From positions 5,820,001-5,852,000 of the forward strand of contig NC_008312.1 in NCBI RefSeq assembly GCF_000014265.1: a stretch of DNA of 32,000 nucleotides, given 5' to 3'. The translations under genes were made by a program, and so were the position numbers. This stretch comes from Trichodesmium erythraeum IMS101 (GTDB lineage Bacteria > Cyanobacteriota > Cyanobacteriia > Cyanobacteriales > Microcoleaceae). Below, in pieces: positions 27,501 to 32,000 of the stretch; position 1 is the stretch's first letter; every line of letters starts with the position of its first letter. The notes under the pieces are model-generated. The model had not been told where the DNA came from. It was given only the letters and a program-made list of their open reading frames with translations, and ran no database searches.

Positions 27501-27951
27501 TGGAAATAAACTCTAATAGACGCCAACTATCTAACAACCCTAAAAATTTACCTTCTCCATCTACAACAGCAATAGGCAACCTCAAAGACTCTTGCTCTAT
27601 CTCGTTTTCCGATTCTGGTTGGATATATGGCCATAATTTGTCAACAGTTAAATCTGCTGGTAATATTCTTAAACTACTCAATGCCAAAGAACTTACTTCA
27701 GATAGAGGTTGTTGCCAATTTCCTACAGAAGTATCAGTTTTAAGTATTTTGGTTTCTGAGTTTGATGTTAGATAAGGAATTAAACTATGTAAGTAAATTA
27801 ATCCTAGTGGTTGGTGTTGAAGATTTACTATTACTAACTCGTTACATTTTTCTCTAGAGAAAATTGACCATACTACTTGCAAATTTTCTGTATCTAAGCA
27901 AACTGGTATAGGAGATATAATTTTTTTTAAAGTCGTGTAGGGCATTAACAT
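24586..27951 (-). CDS. Hybrid-like sensor histidine kinase: CBS pair, PAS-like segment, HisKA and HATPase_c, followed by three degenerate (pseudo-)receiver modules
   Basis: H-box CISHELKTPLTAVLG, N-box LLSNALKFT, G1 DFGIGI and G2 GTGLGLVLTQRLA. The first receiver-like module has EA in place of the acidic DD pair (LIVEAVPG). It has Asn in place of the phospho-acceptor Asp (IFLNPLLP). It has Leu in place of the conserved Lys (FLSLP). Confidence 0.85.
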   Translation of the reverse strand: MLMPYTTLKKIISPIPVCLDTENLQVVWSIFSREKCNELVIVNLQHQPLGLIYLHSLIPYLTSNSETKILKTDTSVGNWQQPLSEVSSLALSSLRILPADLTVDKLWPYIQPESENEIEQESLRLPIAVVDGEGKFLGLLDSWRLLEFISTTENLKLNISELENSPEVEQIVTKDLLDQEQEKQEKVETSSYIYSLIELLEKLPLPLMLQSNDGKVINQNLAWRSHIGKEPDLIEIVDAVMGLLAKNTKNTQQQPTQAKIPDSIAILEDGVAFSCPIKTNGRVSPAKLLQKRAQVPQSNSASSWCYYTHPGTYVCTCPQKNGQERVWHFSSQQLFDLTLVLAQDVTKQHLVAKELQDKNTDLIRLNRLKDEFLACISHELKTPLTAVLGLSSLLKDQTLGALNKRQTHYATLIHQSGRHLMAVINDILDLTRMETGQMELIPEPVEIRKVCDRAFQEALQLQHKRPQGQSSAIFSDSIRAKYTLEIEKDLDIIIADELRLRQMLVNLLSNALKFTPIDGKMGLKVARWEKWITFTVWDFGIGIPANKQHLIFQKFQQLENPLIREFEGTGLGLVLTQRLARLHGGDVTFISQEGKGSEFTLILPPIPPPKDLRIEGWETNDYLKEQGLIPTKENEVRRKKDSKLPVNNYHLPVVNYSSRLVLIVEAVPGFIEDLKNKLTGNGYRVVIARSGTEAVEKARKLQPKLIFLNPLLPLLSGWDVLTLLKKDTDTCHIPVVITSTIGEKERGIVNGANQFLSLPVELSALEEVLTEFTDLPSKKQDYQKLVILRLIPGSYDFKQPMTEDSIYEDKFFSLPTEYRIIEADDLAQANLLAKIWQPNVILIERRYNSMTPVEFINKLSQYSALAAIPLVTMDSEITQAANQVKKLSVFPYLAFDKNDNYLTERKLNYEYFNSRLCQVISIAAGMSWLPTILVMDVANIKDFIVPLTEVFSEESVVDLSDFTSEQKNINLKDSLNYSNFPNFISDLEVANQNINNFQQTKLPIESTQVLVQYIQTYGFKGLIAKSWVEVLSQLQNQSVDLLLICLRGNLPSALDKALFDLDKIVTKPPILVLKYPNYQLPKNMTLENLNLALSKIARKILPFDLSIADLLEEIKGHLIRE

Positions 27952-28353
27952 GACAGTTCAGATATATAAGCTGAAATATATTCATTAAGGGTATGTTGAC
28001 TAATCGGACTACAATCTAGGCCATTTTGAATGGAAACCCTTATCCCTACATCTGTCCACAAATAATTAAGTAAACATCTCACAGGAAAATCCTATTACGT
28101 TTATAGCTAGCTTAAATTTTGACTTTAGTGGTAATGATATTTAGTACACAGATATAGGATTAATGTTCCTACTTTAATTTACTGCTATTTATGAGGTATT
28201 TTGAGAGAATTTAAAGATAACCTTGCTCAACTATTATTTATATTTAGACAAGCTATTCATGAATTCCTCTTAACCCAAAAAATATAAAAGTTATATATGT
28301 TAATATTATTACAGTATATGTTTAAATCTTTGATGTAATAAAATTCTTTTGTA

Positions 28354-29331
28354 ATGAAGATTTCTCGGATTACAGATTCTCAAATCAACCCAGACTTACC
28401 TACTGTACCTAAAACTTTGTCTACTAAACTATTTATTTGTATATATTTACATGATGATAAATTTGCCACTTCAGTAACCAAGTTACTGAGTCAAGATCGC
28501 TACCTTGTGGCATTGACCAAATCTGATCGAGAATTTGTCCAGCTTATTGAGGAGAATACTAATATAGATTGTCTCCTCTTCCAAGAGGATCCTGAACTAA
28601 CTTCTTTGATACATAAGTTACACCATAGATCTATTTTATTACCTGCTGTTATTATTAAAAAATCTGAATCAGAAAATTCTCTGGAAAATCAGCAGTTAAC
28701 TGACACTGATAATAATTTTACTGAATATACTACACAGCATAATTATCAACCCTTTATTTACCATCAAGCAGAAGCTTCATTATTAATCAATCAACTAGGC
28801 AAAATAGATTTTTATGTTGAGCAAGCAATTCAAAAATTTCTCAAACTTTCTCCTGCTAGTTCCTCAAAAGATAAATCTCAAATATCTAGTCAAGCCACTG
28901 ATGATTATACTAAAAATATACTTCATCAACAGCAACACAGATTATATGCAAAATTAAGGGAAAGATTAGGATACCTAGGTGTGTATTACAAAAGGAATCC
29001 CACAAATTTTATTAGGAATATGGCTCCAGGGGAGCGTGATAAGTTTGTAGACCAACTTAAGCTAGAATATCGTCATATTGTTCTCAAATATTTTTCTCAG
29101 GATAATTCTCTAAACAATAATATAGATGACTTTGTTAACCTATGTTTTTTCTCAGATATTCCTGTAACACAAGTTGTGGAAATTCACATGGATTTAATGG
29201 ATGAATTTGCTATACAACTAAGGTTGGAAGGACGTAGTGAGGAAATGTTATTGGACTATAGATTAACTCTTATAGATACAATAGCACACTTATGTGAAAT
29301 GTATCGACGTTCTATTCCTAGAGAATCTTGA
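28354..29331 (+). CDS. kaiA: Circadian clock protein KaiA, full-length form (N-terminal pseudo-receiver plus C-terminal KaiC-binding domain), 325 aa
   Basis: The C-terminus VVEIHMDLMDEFAIQLRLEGRSEEMLLDYRLTLIDTIAHLCEMYRRSIPRE is the conserved KaiA signature. The N-terminal LFICIYLHDD...IDCLLFQ aligns to the KaiA pseudo-receiver. Confidence 0.93.
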   Translation: MKISRITDSQINPDLPTVPKTLSTKLFICIYLHDDKFATSVTKLLSQDRYLVALTKSDREFVQLIEENTNIDCLLFQEDPELTSLIHKLHHRSILLPAVIIKKSESENSLENQQLTDTDNNFTEYTTQHNYQPFIYHQAEASLLINQLGKIDFYVEQAIQKFLKLSPASSSKDKSQISSQATDDYTKNILHQQQHRLYAKLRERLGYLGVYYKRNPTNFIRNMAPGERDKFVDQLKLEYRHIVLKYFSQDNSLNNNIDDFVNLCFFSDIPVTQVVEIHMDLMDEFAIQLRLEGRSEEMLLDYRLTLIDTIAHLCEMYRRSIPRES

Positions 29332-29704
29332 AAACTAGATTATTAAATAAAAATTAACTAGGAAAAGATTACATTAAGCTAATGTTAACATCAGAAAATG
29401 TGTTAGGAATTAAATAAGTTTAATAATTTCAAAGTATCTAATAAGAAAAACCGATCAATAACTTTTATTTTATTTGAAATTTAGCACCCAAAGTACGATG
29501 GTTTTGCTCAACTTGAATATTTCCAACTTGGAAAAGCTAAATGCTAACTGTAAAAATGGTTACGTCAATATATTTAATCAATAATTTAATTAATCCCTAA
29601 ACAAAAAAAACTCTGTTTGAATTGAGGTTAAAATATTATTAAATCGGTTTTTAATCTAGGAAAAACTATTCAAAAAATCTGAAAAAAACTACTTGATAAT
29701 AATT

Positions 29705-30019
29705 ATGAGTCCTCTAAAGAAAACCTATGTTTTGAAGTTATACGTTGCTGGAAATACTCCTAATTCTGTGCGGGCATTAAAAACACTCAAAGAAATTCTG
29801 GAACAAGAATTTCAAGGGGTTTATGCCTTAAAAGTAATAGACGTATTGAAAAATCCTCAACTAGCAGAAGAAGATAAAATATTGGCAACACCAACTTTGT
29901 CCAAAATATTACCTCCACCCGTTAGAAAAATCATTGGTGATCTCTCAGATCGAGAAAAGGTCTTAATTGGGTTGGATCTACTTTATGAAGAACTCAACGA
30001 AGACGAATACAATCTTTAA
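29705..30019 (+). CDS. kaiB: Circadian clock protein KaiB, 104 aa
   Basis: [33 protein letters not shown]...[29 protein letters not shown] is canonical KaiB. I use ATG 29705, not the TTG at 29693 reported in the ORF track. Confidence 0.95.
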   Translation: MSPLKKTYVLKLYVAGNTPNSVRALKTLKEILEQEFQGVYALKVIDVLKNPQLAEEDKILATPTLSKILPPPVRKIIGDLSDREKVLIGLDLLYEELNEDEYNL

Positions 30020-30160
30020 ACAAACTTCTAGATCCGATTGATATTAACTTTAGTATTTTGTGATATAAATATCTCGCACCCATAATATCTTGAGGTAGCA
30101 ACACAGGAATAAATATATTCGCAGATAGTCAAATTTTTCATTCCAAGAGATTTTAAAGAT

Positions 30161-31720
30161 ATGAATCAAAATAGTGAGTCTGTTAAAAAGGACAGAATAG
30201 CAACTGTAGGAGTTGAAAAAATTAAGACCATGATTGAGGGTTTTGACGACATAAGTCATGGAGGTATGCCAGTTGGCAGAACAACATTAGTAAGTGGTAC
30301 ATCTGGAACTGGTAAAACATTGTTTGCTATTCAATTTCTTTATAATGGAATTACTTATTTTGATGAACCAGGAGTATTCGTAACTTTTGAAGAATCTCCC
30401 CAAGATATCATTAAAAATGCTTATAGTTTTGGTTGGAATTTACAGCAATTAGTTGATCATGGGAAATTATTTATATTGGATGCTTCCCCAGATCCAGAGG
30501 GACAAGATATAGTTGGCAATTTTGACTTATCTGCCTTAATAGAAAGAATTCAATATGCTATTCTTAAATACAAAGCTAGAAGAGTTTCTATAGATTCAGT
30601 AACTGCTGTATTTCAACAATATGATGCGGCTTCGGTAGTTAGAAGAGAAATATTTCGTTTAGTCGCACGACTCAAACAAGTTGGGGCAACAACTATTATG
30701 ACTACAGAAAGAGTAGAAGAATATGGCCCTGTAGCTAGATTTGGAGTAGAAGAATTTGTCTCGGATAATGTTGTTATTGTGCGTAATGCTCTTGAAGGTG
30801 AACGTAGACGTAGGACAATAGAAATACTAAAACTTCGGGGTACAACCCACATGAAGGGAGAATATCCATTTACCATTACCAATGATGGTGTAAATATATT
30901 TCCACTTGGAGCCATGAGATTAACTCAACGTTCTTCTAATGTTAGGGTTTCCTCTGGGGATGAAATTCTTGATAAAATGTGTGGTGGGGGTTTCTTTAAA
31001 GATTCAATTATATTAGCAACTGGAGCTACAGGTACAGGTAAAACCCTTTTAGTAAGTAAATTTATTGAAGATGGTTGTATGAATAATGAACCTGCTATGC
31101 TTTTTGCTTATGAAGAGTCCCGGGCTCAATTATTTCGTAATGCTTTTTCTTGGGGCATAGATTTTGAAGAACTAGAAAAAAAAGGATTATTAAGAATTCT
31201 GTGTAGCTACCCAGAATCAGCAGGTTTAGAAGATCACCTACAAATTATTAAATCAGAAATTGCCGAATTTAAACCATCAAGAATAGCTATTGACTCTTTA
31301 TCTGCTTTGGCAAGAGGGGTAAGTAATAATGCCTTTAGACAATTTGTAATTGGAGTCACTGGTTTCGCTAAACAAGAAGAAATAACAGGCTTTTTTACTA
31401 ACACCACAGATCAGTTTATGGGATCTAATTCTATTACAGACTCCCATATTTCTACTATTACTGATACTATCCTGATGCTCCAGTATGTAGAGATTCGTGG
31501 TGAAATGTCCCGTGCTATCAATGTCTTCAAAATGCGTGGTTCATGGCATGATAAGGGAATTAGAGAATATACAATTACATCTCAGGGTCCTGATATAAGA
31601 GACTCTTTCCGCAGCTATGAAGGAATTATTAGCGGTTCTCCAACTCGAACTACTGTTAATGAGAAGAGTGAATTATCTAGAATTATTCAAGGAGTCCAAG
31701 AAAAGACAACAGATGACTAG
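30161..31720 (+). CDS. kaiC: Circadian clock protein KaiC (double RecA-like ATPase), 519 aa
   Basis: Two Walker A motifs are present (GTSGTGKT and GATGTGKT). TMIEGFDDISHGG is present. The phosphorylation-site context SHISTITDTILMLQYVEIRGEMSRAINVFKMRGSWHDK is present. Confidence 0.98.
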   Translation: MNQNSESVKKDRIATVGVEKIKTMIEGFDDISHGGMPVGRTTLVSGTSGTGKTLFAIQFLYNGITYFDEPGVFVTFEESPQDIIKNAYSFGWNLQQLVDHGKLFILDASPDPEGQDIVGNFDLSALIERIQYAILKYKARRVSIDSVTAVFQQYDAASVVRREIFRLVARLKQVGATTIMTTERVEEYGPVARFGVEEFVSDNVVIVRNALEGERRRRTIEILKLRGTTHMKGEYPFTITNDGVNIFPLGAMRLTQRSSNVRVSSGDEILDKMCGGGFFKDSIILATGATGTGKTLLVSKFIEDGCMNNEPAMLFAYEESRAQLFRNAFSWGIDFEELEKKGLLRILCSYPESAGLEDHLQIIKSEIAEFKPSRIAIDSLSALARGVSNNAFRQFVIGVTGFAKQEEITGFFTNTTDQFMGSNSITDSHISTITDTILMLQYVEIRGEMSRAINVFKMRGSWHDKGIREYTITSQGPDIRDSFRSYEGIISGSPTRTTVNEKSELSRIIQGVQEKTTDD

Positions 31721-32000
31721 ATGTTTGGTTGCAAAAATTAGTAATATGAAATATGATACTATTCTAAACTACCTTTGATTCAAAGCTTTTTGATCGGCTC
31801 AATAAATATATTAATTTATGGAATTATATACATTTGAGGAAAGTTTACCAAATAATTAGTTGGGCTTAAAGCATCACCCAAATTTTCAGTTATTTTTTAA
31901 ATACAATTAAGATTCTCGTTCCTAACTTCCAAATAATATCTAAGTATAATCGAATTAAACATCCCTGATATGCACATCTAAGTCAAGTTTCTCAGAGAGT

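Noticed and set aside
27500-27775. 91-aa + strand ORF inside the large histidine kinase gene
   Set aside because: Antisense shadow ORF.
29693-29704. TTG start giving MIII- extension to KaiB
   Set aside because: KaiB homology starts at MSPLKK (ATG 29705). The four extra codons are AT-rich leader.
30050-30915. Minus-strand ORFs 30050-30259 and 30613-30915
   Set aside because: The first spans the kaiB-kaiC spacer and the kaiC start. The second is antisense within kaiC. Neither has motifs.

Overview
This is a low-GC cyanobacterial chromosome segment. Support: 8 HIP1 GCGATCGC octamers, psaD-trpE synteny and a complete kaiA-kaiB-kaiC clock cluster. The gene content and about 32% non-coding DNA resemble a Trichodesmium-like filamentous cyanobacterium, but the taxon is inference only. 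I support 17 protein genes: two small conserved hypotheticals, a DICT-like/GAF histidine kinase, psaD, trpE, a PaO/Tic55-type Rieske oxygenase, a carotenoid cleavage oxygenase, a YbjQ-family protein, a secreted TPR protein, a 1041-aa LRR-Roc-COR (ROCO) GTPase with a C-terminal membrane anchor, a GLYK-like P-loop kinase, a Ycf20-like protein, an ArnT/PMT-like glycosyltransferase, a 1121-aa CBS-histidine kinase with three degenerate receiver modules, and kaiA, kaiB and kaiC. I saw no rRNA, tRNA or CRISPR array. The unusual content is: (1) the ROCO gene, whose 69-bp LRR units are nearly identical at DNA level except at predicted ligand-contact codons; (2) a heavily decayed TnpB (IS605 OrfB-type) pseudogene with a GC-rich omega-RNA-like tail just upstream of the ROCO gene; (3) an ORF-free, GC-enriched 0.7-0.9 kb block (2490-3280) with GNRA-capped hairpins and a group II intron domain-V-like motif; (4) tandem duplications on both sides of the Rieske oxygenase gene, including a 3-fold repeat of its 3' end; (5) a multi-pseudo-receiver kinase transcribed divergently from kaiA. 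All functional interpretations are inference from sequence motifs. No database search was possible.
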